A DNA stretch of 64,000 nucleotides from the NCBI GenBank assembly GCA_016871195.1, contig VFZN01000016.1, forward strand, positions 1,115 to 65,114. The letters are read 5' to 3'. Shown here in pieces: positions 18,435-30,561 of the stretch (within the stretch, counting starts at the first letter, position 1; each line of letters starts with the position of its first letter). A model generated the notes under the pieces. That model saw only the letters and a program-made list of their open reading frames with translations, had not been told where the DNA came from and searched no databases. This DNA is from Acidobacteriota bacterium (GTDB lineage: Bacteria; Acidobacteriota; Vicinamibacteria; Vicinamibacterales; UBA2999). The position numbers and the translations under genes were made by a program.

Positions 18435-19028
18435 CTACAGCTCGCGGCGCCCTTCCAGTGCGCGTGACATGGTGAGGTCGTCGGCATACTCGAGGTCGCT
18501 GCCGACCGGAATGCCCATGGCAATGCGCGTCACTCTGACGCCCAGCGGCTTGAGCAGCCGCGCGAGATAGATGGCCGTGGCCTCGCCCTCGACAGTGGGG
18601 TTGGTGGCGAGAATCACTTCCTCGACGCCCCCGGCCTCGATGCGCGCCAGCAGGCCCCTGATTTTGAGGTCATCAGGCCCGATACCCGACAGCGGTGAAA
18701 TGGCCCCCATCAGCACGTGATAGAGCCCGCGGTGCCCGCCGGTCTTCTCGATCACCTGCACGTTCGGCGGTTCTTCCACCACGCAGATGCGCCGGCGATC
18801 GCGCGTGTGATCGGCACAGATGGCACACGGGTTGGTGTCGGTGAAGTTGTGGCACACCGTGCAGTACGTCACGCGATCCTTCACCTGACGAATCGCCTCG
18901 CACAGCCGCTCGGCATCCTCGCGCGGCGATCGCAGCACATGGAACGCCAGGCGCTGGGCACTCTTGCCCCCGATACCGGGCAGGCGCCGGAACTGTTCAA
19001 TCAACTGCTGTAACGTCTCGGGCAGCAT
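18435..19028 (-). CDS. recR: Recombination protein RecR
   Basis: Shows [15 protein letters not shown] (HhH), a C4 zinc finger ([18 protein letters not shown]) and a Toprim region. It lies immediately downstream of dnaX. Confidence 0.95.
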   Translation of the reverse strand: MLPETLQQLIEQFRRLPGIGGKSAQRLAFHVLRSPREDAERLCEAIRQVKDRVTYCTVCHNFTDTNPCAICADHTRDRRRICVVEEPPNVQVIEKTGGHRGLYHVLMGAISPLSGIGPDDLKIRGLLARIEAGGVEEVILATNPTVEGEATAIYLARLLKPLGVRVTRIAMGIPVGSDLEYADDLTMSRALEGRREL

Positions 19029-19039
19029 CGTCGTGTCGT

Positions 19040-20809
19040 CTAGGAACCGGCGTCGATTCGCGTCTTCTCGACGGGAAACATCTCGAGGATCGACTTGACG
19101 GTGTCGTGTTCAAGCGGCGACGGAGCGGGGGCCCCTGCGCCCGGGGCGCTTGTCGTGAGTGCGCCGCTCGACGCGGCGGGTGTCGGCGCCGCTGAGGCAG
19201 GTGCCGCCGCCTGCGCGGCATCGGCCACCACCACCGTCACGGCAAGCCGTCGGCCTGTCAGCCGCTCAACCAGGTCCTGCACCCACGCGCGATTGTCCTC
19301 GGCCTGCTGCCGGGGCACCTTCTGGTTCGGCTGGAACGTGAAGGTCACGCCGTCAGCCGTCGCATCGATGCGGAACGCCTGTGCCACCACGAGGTTGTAG
19401 AAGATGGGCTTGGCCGACTTAATCTCGGCCAGCAGCGCATCGCGATACTGGTCGGCCCCCGCGACACCCGCCTGACCACCCGTGGGCATCGCCGATGAGG
19501 CGGACGGAGAGGCCGCCGCCTGTGCGGCAGCGCGCGGACCGGGTACCGACGCCCTGGGCGGCACGGCCCGCGATGGTCCGCTGCTCTGCGCCGACGCCGC
19601 GGCGGGACCCGACATCGTGGCCCGCGGCGGGGCCTGAGGCAGGCGCCCGCCCGCCAGCAGATCGGTCAGCGGCACCAGCTTGCGCAGGTGCATCAGGCGC
19701 AGCAGCGCCATTTCCATGCTGAACCGCGGCTGCTCCGACTGCCTGATTTCCTGTTCGGCGCGCGTCAGCAGATCGAATCCACGCAGCAGGTCTTCGCGCG
19801 ACCACTGATCGACCAGGGCCACCAGCCGATCGCGATCGGCCTCACCCGCGATATCGGGGTCGGAGGCGCGCCCGGGATCGACCGACAGGATCAGCAGATC
19901 GCGCAGGGCTCGTGACAGCTCGCGGCACAGCAGACGCAGATCGTAGCCGCGCGCCATGGCCACCTCGGTCAGCGTGAAGGCCGCCGGTGCGTTTTCGGCG
20001 ACCACGGCCTCGAGCATCTCGAGCACCAGGTCGCGCGCAATCAGCCCGAGCACGGCCGCGACGTCGTCAGCCCTGACTTTCTCACCGGCAAACGCCAGCA
20101 CCTGATCGAAGGCGCTCAGCGAATCGCGCATGCTGCCCTCGCCGGCGCGCGCCAGCATCATGAGGGCATCATCATCGACGTCAATCGCCTCGGCCGTCGC
20201 AATGTGGCGCAGGCGATCGGCCACGGTGCGCGCGGGAATCGTGCGGAACTCGTACACCTGCGACCGCGACAGCACGGTGTCGGGAATCTTGTGCAGCTCG
20301 GTCGTCGCCATCATGAACACGACATGCGGCGGCGGTTCCTCGATCGACTTGAGCAGGGCGTTGAAGGACGACGCCGACAGCATGTGCACTTCGTCGATCA
20401 GAAACACCTTGTAGCGGTTGCGGACCGGAGTAATCGACAGCCCCTCGATGATGACCTCGCGCACATTGTCGACGCCGGTGTGGGTCGCCGCGTCGATTTC
20501 AAGCATGTCCATGTCGCGGCCGGCCGCGATTTCGAGGCACGGCGCGCACTGCCCGCAGGGTTGTGTGGTCGGCGCCGTCAGCGGTTCGTCGGCGATGCCG
20601 AGGCAGTTGAGGGCGCGCGCGAGGATGCGGGCACTGGTGGTCTTGCCGCAGCCGCGGGGACCGGCGAATACAAACGACTGCGCCAGGCGCTTGCGGCTCT
20701 TCAACGCATTGAGCAGCGTGCGGGTCACCGCCTGCTGACCCAGCACATCGTCGAAGGTCTGGGGACGGTATTTGCGGGCGAGTACGCGGTGCTGGCTCTG
20801 GTCGGCCAT
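19040..20809 (-). CDS. dnaX: DNA polymerase III subunit gamma/tau
   Basis: Start is set at [25 protein letters not shown]. Walker A is GPRGCGKTT, followed by IDEVHML. The ORF-track N-terminal extension (to 20992) runs through the SRP RNA gene and is rejected. Confidence 0.9.
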   Translation of the reverse strand: MADQSQHRVLARKYRPQTFDDVLGQQAVTRTLLNALKSRKRLAQSFVFAGPRGCGKTTSARILARALNCLGIADEPLTAPTTQPCGQCAPCLEIAAGRDMDMLEIDAATHTGVDNVREVIIEGLSITPVRNRYKVFLIDEVHMLSASSFNALLKSIEEPPPHVVFMMATTELHKIPDTVLSRSQVYEFRTIPARTVADRLRHIATAEAIDVDDDALMMLARAGEGSMRDSLSAFDQVLAFAGEKVRADDVAAVLGLIARDLVLEMLEAVVAENAPAAFTLTEVAMARGYDLRLLCRELSRALRDLLILSVDPGRASDPDIAGEADRDRLVALVDQWSREDLLRGFDLLTRAEQEIRQSEQPRFSMEMALLRLMHLRKLVPLTDLLAGGRLPQAPPRATMSGPAAASAQSSGPSRAVPPRASVPGPRAAAQAAASPSASSAMPTGGQAGVAGADQYRDALLAEIKSAKPIFYNLVVAQAFRIDATADGVTFTFQPNQKVPRQQAEDNRAWVQDLVERLTGRRLAVTVVVADAAQAAAPASAAPTPAASSGALTTSAPGAGAPAPSPLEHDTVKSILEMFPVEKTRIDAGS

Positions 20810-20833
20810 GAGGTCGTCGGGGTAGAGGTGCGC

Positions 20834-20960
20834 ACGGGCCCCACCGCGACCTGGGATGACTGCACACATCGCAGAGACGTCTGAGCGCTGCTGCCTTCCG
20901 GCCCTGACGCGGTTCGTCGTCCCGGTGATTGCACAGGTCCCAGGCCGCGGTGCGGCCCGC
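20834..20960 (-). ncRNA. ffs: Signal recognition particle RNA (4.5S, small bacterial type)
   Basis: The minus strand reads ...GUCAGGGCCGGAAGGCAGCAGC..., which is the conserved domain-IV motif with a GGAA tetraloop. The flanks form a ~21-bp closing helix (GGGCCGCACCGCGGCCUGGGA / UCCCAGGUCGCGGUGGGGCCC). It sits in the classic position upstream of dnaX. The ends are approximate. Confidence 0.85.
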
Positions 20961-21031
20961 CCCCGCCCGGTGAACCCGGACGGGGAGGACACGAGCCCTT
21001 AGTGTAACAGGTGCGCGACCGCCGTGACGCC

Positions 21032-21910
21032 TCAGGGCACCACGATGGAATACGTGGTCGCCGGGACACTCGTGCCGCAGGCATTCACCGCTTGCACGGT
21101 GATGTCGTAGGTGCCGGGCCCAAGGTCTCCACTCACACGCCGCATGCCTCCGGTGGTGCCACTGCCGATGCCGGATGCCGTCACGAGGTAATCGCTCGGC
21201 GCCGGGCCGCCACCGTACTCCCAGAGCACGGTGACGCGTCGACCCGCGACTCCAGCCGCCAGCCACTGAGGCACGGCGGGCGCCGAGACGCACCGGGAGG
21301 CATAGAGCTTTCCGCCGTGCATCGCCAGCGTCCAGACGCTGAGTCCCGACCGATTGGCCGTCCAGGGAAGGAGGACCCCGGTGGTGGCATCAACGGCCGC
21401 GACACCATCGCGCGCCTGTCCACCGACCTGGCTGAACCATCCGCCGAGGAAGATGCGGCTGCCGTCCCGCACGATCGACCAGACCCGTTCATTGGCCTCG
21501 GGAGCCCACGCAGACACGGTGCCGTCCGCCCGAATGTGTGCGGCATTCTTTCGGGGAAACCCTCCGACCCCGGTAAAGTCGCCTCCAATGTAGACACCAC
21601 CGTCACCGTCGGGATAGACCACACGCACGTCACCGTCGACGGTCGGCATCTGGAGATTCAGGACCCCGGTCGAGCGCTCCGCCTGGGCAAATCCGCCAGT
21701 CAAGGTCCCGTATTTGGAGAAGAATCCGGCATATGTGACCCTTTATGAGATCACAATTGAATCGTACACCTCGCCGTCGAGGCCCTGAGTGATCGGCGTG
21801 CGCGTCGGGGCACCAGAGCTGGCCTGTCCATAGACCTGCTGGCTCCACAGGATGGACAATACAACCGCCAGTAAGGCGCTTAGGCAAACTTTATAGAACA
21901 CGAACGCCAC
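21032..21910 (-). pseudogene. Secreted repeat-propeller (YxGGxF-type repeat) protein with C-terminal Ig/FN3-like domain, interrupted by one in-frame TAA
   Basis: The downstream ORF (21032-21703) and an upstream 55-codon segment (21746-21910, GTG start, hydrophobic CLSALLAVVLSILW leader) are in the same frame. They are separated only by TAA at 21743-21745. The repeat pattern continues across the stop (EVYDSIVIS*RVTYAGFFSKYG). Confidence 0.55.
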
Positions 21911-22033
21911 TCAAGACAGTGGAGTGTAAATGAACAACCTCCCTGTCTATCGGGCGAGATCATGCAGGTCTATAGATGCTGTGATGCTTTGTGCAGGAAC
22001 GTCTAATGAACTGACTTACACGTCACATCGCTG

Positions 22034-23080
22034 CTAGTTCGACAGCCACCCATCCGCCTGCATCAGCTCGGCGTTGAGGATGGCGGCGCCCGCGGCGCCA
22101 CGCACCGTGTTGTGCCCCAGCACCACGAAACGGGTCGTCAGCACGCCGCAGGGCCGGATGCGCCCGACGCACACCGTCATGCCCTGGCCCCGCTCGACAT
22201 CGAGCCTCGGCTGCGGGCGGTTCGGTTCATCCATCACCAGCAGGGCAGGGATCGGTGCCGTCGGCAGCCCGAGGACCTGAGGGCGTCCCGAAAATGTCCG
22301 CATCGCCTCGCCGACCTCAGCAGGATCGGGGCGACTGTCGAGCGCCACCGACACCGTCAGCGTATGACCGTCCACGACGGGCACCCGGTTACAGTGGGCG
22401 CTGACGGTGACCCCGTGGGGTGTCCGACCGCCGTCCTCGCCCAGAATCTTCCGGGTCTCCACTTCCATTTTCTCTTCCTCACCCCCGATGAACGGGACCA
22501 GGTTGCCCAGAATATCGAGTGACGGCACCCCCGGATATCCCGCGCCACTCACGGCCTGCATCGTCGAAACGATCACCGAACGCACCCCGAAGCGACGCAG
22601 CGGAGCCAGTGCCATCGCGAGCATGACGGTCGAGCAGTTGGGATTGGTGACAATGGCCCCTGACCAGCCGCGGGCCTGGCGCTGTTCGGCGACGAGGGAC
22701 AGATGGTCGGCGTTCACCTCGGGAATGAGCAGGGGCACCAGCGGATCCATCCGGAAGTTCCGCGCGTTGCTGACGACGATATGCCCCGCAGCGGCGAAGG
22801 CCGCTTCGACATCACCGGCGACAGAGGCGTCGAGCCCGGAAAACACCACCCGCGGCCCACGGCCGGGCACACATGCCTCGACGAGGCGCGAGGCCGCATC
22901 GGCGGGGATGGGCGTCGACAGACGCCACGGGGCGGCGTCGGCATAGCGGCGGCCTTCCGAGCGTTCGCTGGCGGCCAGCCAGGTCAGGGAAAACCAGGGG
23001 TGCGCGGCCAGACGGGCCACAAACTGCTGGCCGACCATGCCGGTGGCACCCAGAACGCCGACGTCGATTTTCGTGTGCAC
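22034..23080 (-). CDS. asd: Aspartate-semialdehyde dehydrogenase
   Basis: GTG start. Motifs are [14 protein letters not shown], the catalytic Cys in TNPNCSTV and the His in SAHCNRVPV. Confidence 0.9.
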   Translation of the reverse strand: MHTKIDVGVLGATGMVGQQFVARLAAHPWFSLTWLAASERSEGRRYADAAPWRLSTPIPADAASRLVEACVPGRGPRVVFSGLDASVAGDVEAAFAAAGHIVVSNARNFRMDPLVPLLIPEVNADHLSLVAEQRQARGWSGAIVTNPNCSTVMLAMALAPLRRFGVRSVIVSTMQAVSGAGYPGVPSLDILGNLVPFIGGEEEKMEVETRKILGEDGGRTPHGVTVSAHCNRVPVVDGHTLTVSVALDSRPDPAEVGEAMRTFSGRPQVLGLPTAPIPALLVMDEPNRPQPRLDVERGQGMTVCVGRIRPCGVLTTRFVVLGHNTVRGAAGAAILNAELMQADGWLSN

Positions 23081-23166
23081 GTGACTAGGGTAACGGATCG
23101 CCTTCGGGGCTGCGAGCGGTGGCCAGACGCCCGGCCTGAGGCGTGTGGGCGGCGACTCCGAGAATG

Positions 23167-23213
23167 AAAAACCGCTCTGGGAGCAGTCACGGATGCGACC
23201 ACCCCCAGAGCGG
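23167..23213 (-). terminator. Terminator-like hairpin on minus strand (10-bp stem, large loop, followed by UUUUU)
   Basis: The plus strand reads aaaaa-CCGCTCTGGG-(22 nt)-CCCAGAGCGG. On the minus strand the stem is followed by TTTTT. Its position between the tRNA gene and the asd start makes assignment uncertain. Confidence 0.3.
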
Positions 23214-23245
23214 CAATGCTACACTGACGCTCCACACACTCGTGC

Positions 23246-23335
23246 GGAGAGATGGCCGAGTGGTTTAAGGCGCACGCTTGGAAAGCGTGTGTACGGGAAA
23301 CCGTACCGTGGGTTCGAATCCCACTCTCTCCGCCA
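23246..23335 (+). tRNA. tRNA-Ser (anticodon GGA), CCA encoded
   Basis: Starts GGAGAGATGGCCGAGTGG. The anticodon stem-loop is CACGC-TTGGAAA-GCGTG. It has a long variable arm (GTACGGGAAACCGTAC), a T-arm (GTGGGTTCGAATCCCAC) and an acceptor 3' end TCTCTCCGCCA. Confidence 0.95.
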
Positions 23336-23352
23336 CTCCGGCGCGACTCGGC

Positions 23353-23814
23353 CTACTTCGTCCGGCGCAGATACTTCACGTAGGACACACCGGTCATCTT
23401 GCCGGCCTTGTCCACGCGCACGTAGTAGTTGTCGATGGTGTTGTTGTCGGCAGACAGGGTGTTGATGACCACCTGATAGACGACCCCATCGCGCTTGTTG
23501 TAGATGCGGATGCTCTTGTCATTGATGATCTCGACCGCCGTCTCTGACCCGGGCTGGCCGGCCACCGGACGGAACACGCCGTCGAACAGCGTCACATACG
23601 ACCACTCGTCGCCGGGCTTGCTCGGGTTGCTGACCGTGAGCTTGCTGCCGTCTTTCTCGTGGGCCTCGTAGGTCATCACGTTGTTCGGGTTGGTGGCGTT
23701 ATCCCACACGCCAAAGCGGGCGGTGCGGGGATTGGTCTGCGCCGTGCTGGCGGACGCGGACAGGAGCAGAGCCGCCACAACGGCCGACAACACAACACTG
23801 GGTCTGAATCGCAT
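23353..23814 (-). CDS. Secreted hypothetical protein
   Basis: 153 aa with a signal peptide (MRFRPSVVLSAVVAALLLSASASTAQ) and GAGGA upstream of the ATG. Composition is noticeably less GC-rich than the neighbours. I recognise no domain. Confidence 0.6.
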   Translation of the reverse strand: MRFRPSVVLSAVVAALLLSASASTAQTNPRTARFGVWDNATNPNNVMTYEAHEKDGSKLTVSNPSKPGDEWSYVTLFDGVFRPVAGQPGSETAVEIINDKSIRIYNKRDGVVYQVVINTLSADNNTIDNYYVRVDKAGKMTGVSYVKYLRRTK

Positions 23815-23854
23815 GGGTCGTAGTCCTCACAGTGGGCAGAAAGCGCCCGTTCAC

Positions 23855-23885
23855 CGTGGCAGAGCATAACCGATGCCCTGCCACG
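23855..23885 (-). terminator. Hairpin downstream of katG (8-bp stem CGTGGCAG/CTGCCACG, 15-nt loop)
   Basis: An inverted repeat lies between the katG stop (23904) and the next gene start (23814). No adjacent U-run is present. Confidence 0.3.
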
Positions 23886-23903
23886 ATGTCAGGCCTCATC
23901 ATC

Positions 23904-26117
<2,214 letters not shown>

Positions 26118-26167
26118 CTACAGAAGGAAATATCCAACGATTCTACATCGCCGGGGGCGGCCACCTG

Positions 26168-27064
26168 TCAGGGCCGCGCACGCGCGCGGACCAGGGCGAG
26201 CAGCGCGTCGACGGCCCGGGGCGCCTCGCCGGCGCGCCACACCGCCGAAATGGCGATGCTGGCCCGCGGCAAGCTCCTGTACACCACATCCGGCCACGAC
26301 ATCCGCTGCACCGCCACCGGCACAATCGTCACACCGACCCCGGCCCCGACCAGCCCGATCGTGGTCGACACCTCGCGGCTTTCCTGCACCACGCGCGGCG
26401 TGAAACCGGCCTCGCCGCAAAGCCGCAGCACCTGCGCATGCAGCTGCGGGGCGATGGCCCGTGGAAACAGAACCCAGGGCTCGTCGGCCAGGGCCCGCAG
26501 CGGCACCTGGGCCCTCCGCGCCAGTCGGTGATCGCGCGGCAGCGCCATGCGCAGCGGTTCGCGCGCCACCTCTACGCACTCCAGGCGCGGATCGGGGTCG
26601 ACCCCTCGCACAAAGCCGATGTCGAGGTCGTCGCGCAGCAGGGCCGCCACCTGATCCGCTGTCACCATTTCACGCAGATCGACCTTCACACCCGGCGCAC
26701 GCGTCCGGAAGGCCCGCACCACCGGCGCCAGGGTGGACAGCATCATCGTCGGTCCAAAACCCACCCGGAGGGTGCCCCCCTGACCGCGCGCCACGGCCCG
26801 CGCGGCCTCGACCATGAGATCGACGTCGCGCAGCAGACGACGGGCCGACTCGTCGAGCACACGCCCGGCGGCCGTGGTGAGGACAGGGCGGTTATGCCGA
26901 TCGAAGAGCGGCGTGCCGACCAGCCGTTCCAGCTGACGAATCTGGACGCTCAGCGCCGGTTGCGACACCGCCAGGCGCTCGGCCGCCCGGCCAAAGTGCA
27001 GTTCGTCGGCCACCATGACGAAGGCCCGCAGGTGCCGCAGTTCCGGACGATCGTGCTCATTCAT
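26168..27064 (-). CDS. LysR-family transcriptional regulator
   Basis: N-terminal wHTH (LRAFVMVADELHFGRAAERLAVSQPALSVQIRQLE) plus a LysR substrate-binding domain. It is divergent from the homogentisate operon. Confidence 0.9.
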   Translation of the reverse strand: MNEHDRPELRHLRAFVMVADELHFGRAAERLAVSQPALSVQIRQLERLVGTPLFDRHNRPVLTTAAGRVLDESARRLLRDVDLMVEAARAVARGQGGTLRVGFGPTMMLSTLAPVVRAFRTRAPGVKVDLREMVTADQVAALLRDDLDIGFVRGVDPDPRLECVEVAREPLRMALPRDHRLARRAQVPLRALADEPWVLFPRAIAPQLHAQVLRLCGEAGFTPRVVQESREVSTTIGLVGAGVGVTIVPVAVQRMSWPDVVYRSLPRASIAISAVWRAGEAPRAVDALLALVRARARP

Positions 27065-27135
27065 TTGTGTAGTTTATCAATGCACGTCGATGTTTTTATT
27101 GGACGGATGAATCAGCCAGCCATAGTCTGGAAGGC
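27065..27135. promoter_or_regulatory. AT-rich divergent control region (LysR gene / homogentisate operon)
   Basis: GC drops locally. An imperfect dyad ATCAAT-N4-GTCGAT sits at 27076-27091. On the plus strand TTGGAC (27099-27104)-16 nt-CATAGT (27121-27126) ends 9 nt before the ATG at 27136. Confidence 0.4.
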
Positions 27136-28029
27136 ATGGAGCCGCAGGCACCAGCGCAGCCGCACCGCTCGCCGATGGACGGCGTCATCGACTATGCGGG
27201 ACTGTTTCCTCCCGCGGCCCTGCCGATGGCGGCCGCCCTCGACGAATATGCCGCCGCCGCACGCGGCGCCGATGCGCACATGCTGGGCCGGTTTGTCGTG
27301 ACGGCCGCGCACCTGCCCGAACTCGCGGGCCTGCTGCACACCCGCGCCGGACTGCCGACCCCGCTGCCGCTGAGCGTCATCGTCCGCGATCGCTCCATCG
27401 ATGACCACCGGGCAGTCACGACCTTCGACACCTCACCCGTCGCCCAACGGGCCCCCATCGCGTCACTCGAAGCACGCCCCTCGTCGCCCGAGGGAATCGC
27501 GTGGCTGGCACACACCTACGGCGTCGCGCGCGACCTGTATGTGGAAGTCGACCTGACGGCAGATCTCGGGCCGTGGCTCGACGCTATCGCCCGCCACGGG
27601 CTGCGTGCGAAGGTGCGCACCGGGGGCCTCACGCCCGAGGCCTTCCCGGCCCCGGAGGTCCTGCTGCAGGCCCTCGAGGCCTTCGTCACGCGCCGCATGC
27701 CGTTCAAGGCCACGGCCGGACTGCACCACGCCGTGCGGGGCACCTATCCGCTCACCTATGCGCCCGACTCGGCGCGGGCGACCATGTACGGCTACCTCAA
27801 CGTGCTGCTGGCGACAGCGGCCCTGCACGCCGGTCGGCCTCGCGCACAGGCGCTGGCCCTGCTGCTGCAGCCGGATGGCCTGGTCGTCGGCGCCGACGGA
27901 GCCACCTGGGGATCGCTGCACCTGTCGCCCGCCGTCATGGCCGTCACGCGTCGCGATGGCTTTACCAGTTTCGGGTCGTGCTCGTTCCGTGAGCCGGCCG
28001 GCGAGTTCCACACACACGCGGCGCACTGA
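27136..28029 (+). CDS. Conserved-looking hypothetical protein, first gene of the homogentisate operon
   Basis: 297 aa with coding-like GC3 and no signal peptide. Motifs I cannot assign to a family: DYAGLFPPAALPM, KVRTGGLTPEAFP, FKATAGLHHAVRG. An alternative start is M14 (27175). Confidence 0.6.
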   Translation: MEPQAPAQPHRSPMDGVIDYAGLFPPAALPMAAALDEYAAAARGADAHMLGRFVVTAAHLPELAGLLHTRAGLPTPLPLSVIVRDRSIDDHRAVTTFDTSPVAQRAPIASLEARPSSPEGIAWLAHTYGVARDLYVEVDLTADLGPWLDAIARHGLRAKVRTGGLTPEAFPAPEVLLQALEAFVTRRMPFKATAGLHHAVRGTYPLTYAPDSARATMYGYLNVLLATAALHAGRPRAQALALLLQPDGLVVGADGATWGSLHLSPAVMAVTRRDGFTSFGSCSFREPAGEFHTHAAH

Positions 28030-28053
28030 CGCGCCACGATCCGGAGGCCGACC

Positions 28054-29166
28054 ATGGGTCCTTTTCCACACGACGCACCGCCACCCGTCATCAGCCCCGA
28101 CAATCCGATGGGCACTGATGGCTTTGAGTTTGTCGAGTTCTGCCATCCGCAACCCGCCGAGCTCGATGCGCTCTTCCGCCGGGTCGGCTTCCTGCCGGTC
28201 GCGCGGCATCGACGCAAGCAGGTGACGCTGTATCGCCAGGGCAGCATCAACCTCATCCTCAACGCCGAACCGAGCTCGTTTGCCGCGGGCTTCGCCGAGG
28301 CCCACGGCCCCTCGGCTCCGGCCATGGCGTTCCGCGTGGTCGACGCCGACTACGCCTTCCGGCGTGCGGTGTCGCTCGGCGCGCGGCCCATCGAGACGGC
28401 CGCCGGCCCGGGCGAGCTTCCCATTCCCGCCATCGAGGGCATCGGTGGCCTCCACATCTACCTCGTCGACCGCTACGGCGCGCGCGGCAGCATCTACGAC
28501 GTCGACTTCGAGTGGCTGGGCGAGACCAACGCGCAGCCGCAGGGCCACGGCCTCTACTACATCGATCACCTGACCCACAACGTGCACCGGGGCCGTCTCC
28601 ATGCATGGGCCGGCTTCTACGAGACGATGTTCAACTTCCGGCAGATTCGCTACTTTGACATCGAAGGCCGCATGACGGGACTCCACTCGCGCGCGATGAC
28701 CAGCCCCGACGGCAAGATTCGCATTCCCATCAACGAGGACGCCGGGGCGCAGGGCCAGATCGAAGAGTACCTGCAGCAGTATCGCGGCGAGGGCATCCAG
28801 CACATCGCCTTCGGGTCGCACGACCTGCACGCATCCATCGAAGGATTGACCGGCGCTGGCGTGTCGTTCATGCCGCCGCCGAACGCGATCTACTACGAGC
28901 GCATCGAGGCGCGATTGCCCGGGCACGGCGAGGACGTGGCACGACTGCAGCACAACGGCATCCTCATCGACGGCGAAGGCGTGGTCTCCGGCGGCTTCAC
29001 CAAGGTGCTGCTGCAGCGGTTCAGCAACACGGTCATCGGGCCCATCTTCTTCGAGTTCATCCAGCGGAAGGGCGACGAGGGCTTCGGCGAAGGCAACTTC
29101 AAGGCCCTGTTCGAATCGATCGAGGCCGATCAGATCAGGCGCGGCGTGCTGAAGGGCGACGCATGA
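28054..29166 (+). CDS. hppD: 4-hydroxyphenylpyruvate dioxygenase
   Basis: Shows GTDGFEFVEF, GIQHIAFGS and IFFEFIQRKGDEGFGEGNFKALFESIE, a typical bacterial HPPD C-terminus. Confidence 0.9.
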   Translation: MGPFPHDAPPPVISPDNPMGTDGFEFVEFCHPQPAELDALFRRVGFLPVARHRRKQVTLYRQGSINLILNAEPSSFAAGFAEAHGPSAPAMAFRVVDADYAFRRAVSLGARPIETAAGPGELPIPAIEGIGGLHIYLVDRYGARGSIYDVDFEWLGETNAQPQGHGLYYIDHLTHNVHRGRLHAWAGFYETMFNFRQIRYFDIEGRMTGLHSRAMTSPDGKIRIPINEDAGAQGQIEEYLQQYRGEGIQHIAFGSHDLHASIEGLTGAGVSFMPPPNAIYYERIEARLPGHGEDVARLQHNGILIDGEGVVSGGFTKVLLQRFSNTVIGPIFFEFIQRKGDEGFGEGNFKALFESIEADQIRRGVLKGDA

Positions 29167-29229
29167 GCGTCTGCCCGGGCAGACGGCCTGTCATGATGTA
29201 CACCCGAGTGACGGAAGGAGTGTGATCGC

Positions 29230-30540
29230 ATGACGCCCGAACATCTGCACGGCTACATGTCCGGCTTCGGCAACGGGTTTGAAACCGAAGCGCTGCCCGG
29301 CGCGCTGCCCGTGGGTCGCAACTCACCGCAGCGGTGCGCCTATGGGCTCTATGCGGAACAGCTGAGCGGGTCGCCGTTCACCGCCCCGCGCGCCAGCAAC
29401 GAGCGCTCGTGGCTATACCGCATCCGTCCGACGGTCTGCCACTTCGGCGACTTCCGCGCCGCCGACATCGGCCTGTGGCGCACGGCACCGTGCCTCGAAG
29501 TCGACGTGCCCATCGCGCCGATGCGCTGGGGCGCCCTGCCGCTGCCCGAGACGCCGCAGACATTCGTCCAGGGCGTGTACACCGTCACCACGGCCGGCGA
29601 CGCCGGCAGCCAGTCGGGCATGGGCGCGCATGTCTATCTCGTCACGCGCTCGATGGTCGACGAGTACTTCTACAACGCCGACGGCGAACTGCTGTGTGTG
29701 CCCCAGTCGGGCGCCCTGCGCCTCGCCACCGAGTTCGGGCGCATCGACGTCGCCCCCGGCGAGATCGCCGTCATTCCGCGCGGCGTCAAGCTGCGCGTCG
29801 AGCTCATCGACGGCCCGGCACGTGGCTATCTCTGCGAAAACTATGGCGGGGCCTTCACGCTGCCCGAACGCGGGCCGATCGGCGCCAACTGCCTGGCCAA
29901 TCCCCGCGATTTCCTCACGCCGCACGCCGCCTACGAAGACCGCGACACCCCGTCGACCATGTATGTGAAATGGGGCGGTCGCCTGTGGATGGCCGACATC
30001 GGGCACTCACCGCTCGACGTTGTGGCCTGGCACGGCAACTATGCGCCGTACAAATACGACCTGCGGCGCTACTCGGCCGTGGGCCCGGTGCTGTTCGATC
30101 ACGCCGATCCGTCGATCTTCACGGTGCTGACCTCGCCGTCAGACACGCCCGGTACGGCCAACATCGACTTTGTGATTTTCCCCGACCGATGGACGGTGGC
30201 CGAAGACACGTTCCGTCCGCCCTGGTATCACATGAACGTGATGAGCGAGTTCATGGGCCTCATCTACGGGCAGTACGACGCCAAGCCGCACGGCTTTGTG
30301 CCCGGCGGGTTCTCGCTGCACAACATGATGCTGCCGCACGGGCCCGACGTCGACGCGTTTGAACATGCCAGCACCGTGGCGCTGCAGCCGAAAAAGCTGG
30401 AAGGCACGATGGCATTCATGTTTGAAACCCGCTTCCCGCAGCGCGTCACCGCCTTCGCCGCCGGAAGCCCGGCCCTGCAGCGCGAATATGCGCACTACGG
30501 CCGTGCGCTCCGCAAGCACTTCACCCCACACCAGCGCTGA
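29230..30540 (+). CDS. hmgA: Homogentisate 1,2-dioxygenase
   Basis: [43 protein letters not shown] is a hallmark HmgA N-terminus. The SD GGAAGGAG lies upstream. Confidence 0.95.
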   Translation: MTPEHLHGYMSGFGNGFETEALPGALPVGRNSPQRCAYGLYAEQLSGSPFTAPRASNERSWLYRIRPTVCHFGDFRAADIGLWRTAPCLEVDVPIAPMRWGALPLPETPQTFVQGVYTVTTAGDAGSQSGMGAHVYLVTRSMVDEYFYNADGELLCVPQSGALRLATEFGRIDVAPGEIAVIPRGVKLRVELIDGPARGYLCENYGGAFTLPERGPIGANCLANPRDFLTPHAAYEDRDTPSTMYVKWGGRLWMADIGHSPLDVVAWHGNYAPYKYDLRRYSAVGPVLFDHADPSIFTVLTSPSDTPGTANIDFVIFPDRWTVAEDTFRPPWYHMNVMSEFMGLIYGQYDAKPHGFVPGGFSLHNMMLPHGPDVDAFEHASTVALQPKKLEGTMAFMFETRFPQRVTAFAAGSPALQREYAHYGRALRKHFTPHQR

Positions 30541-30561
30541 CCCGGTCTGCACGAGGCACCG

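Noticed and set aside
19040-20809. Programmed -1 frameshift site in dnaX (gamma subunit production)
   Set aside because: I found no A-rich slippery heptamer (A AAA AAG type) on the coding strand by eye. I cannot support the claim.
26168-27064. LysR regulator as OxyR controlling katG
   Set aside because: The sequence lacks the conserved pair of redox-active cysteines in the effector domain. Only isolated Cys residues are present. The divergent arrangement with the homogentisate operon is the more usual LysR logic.
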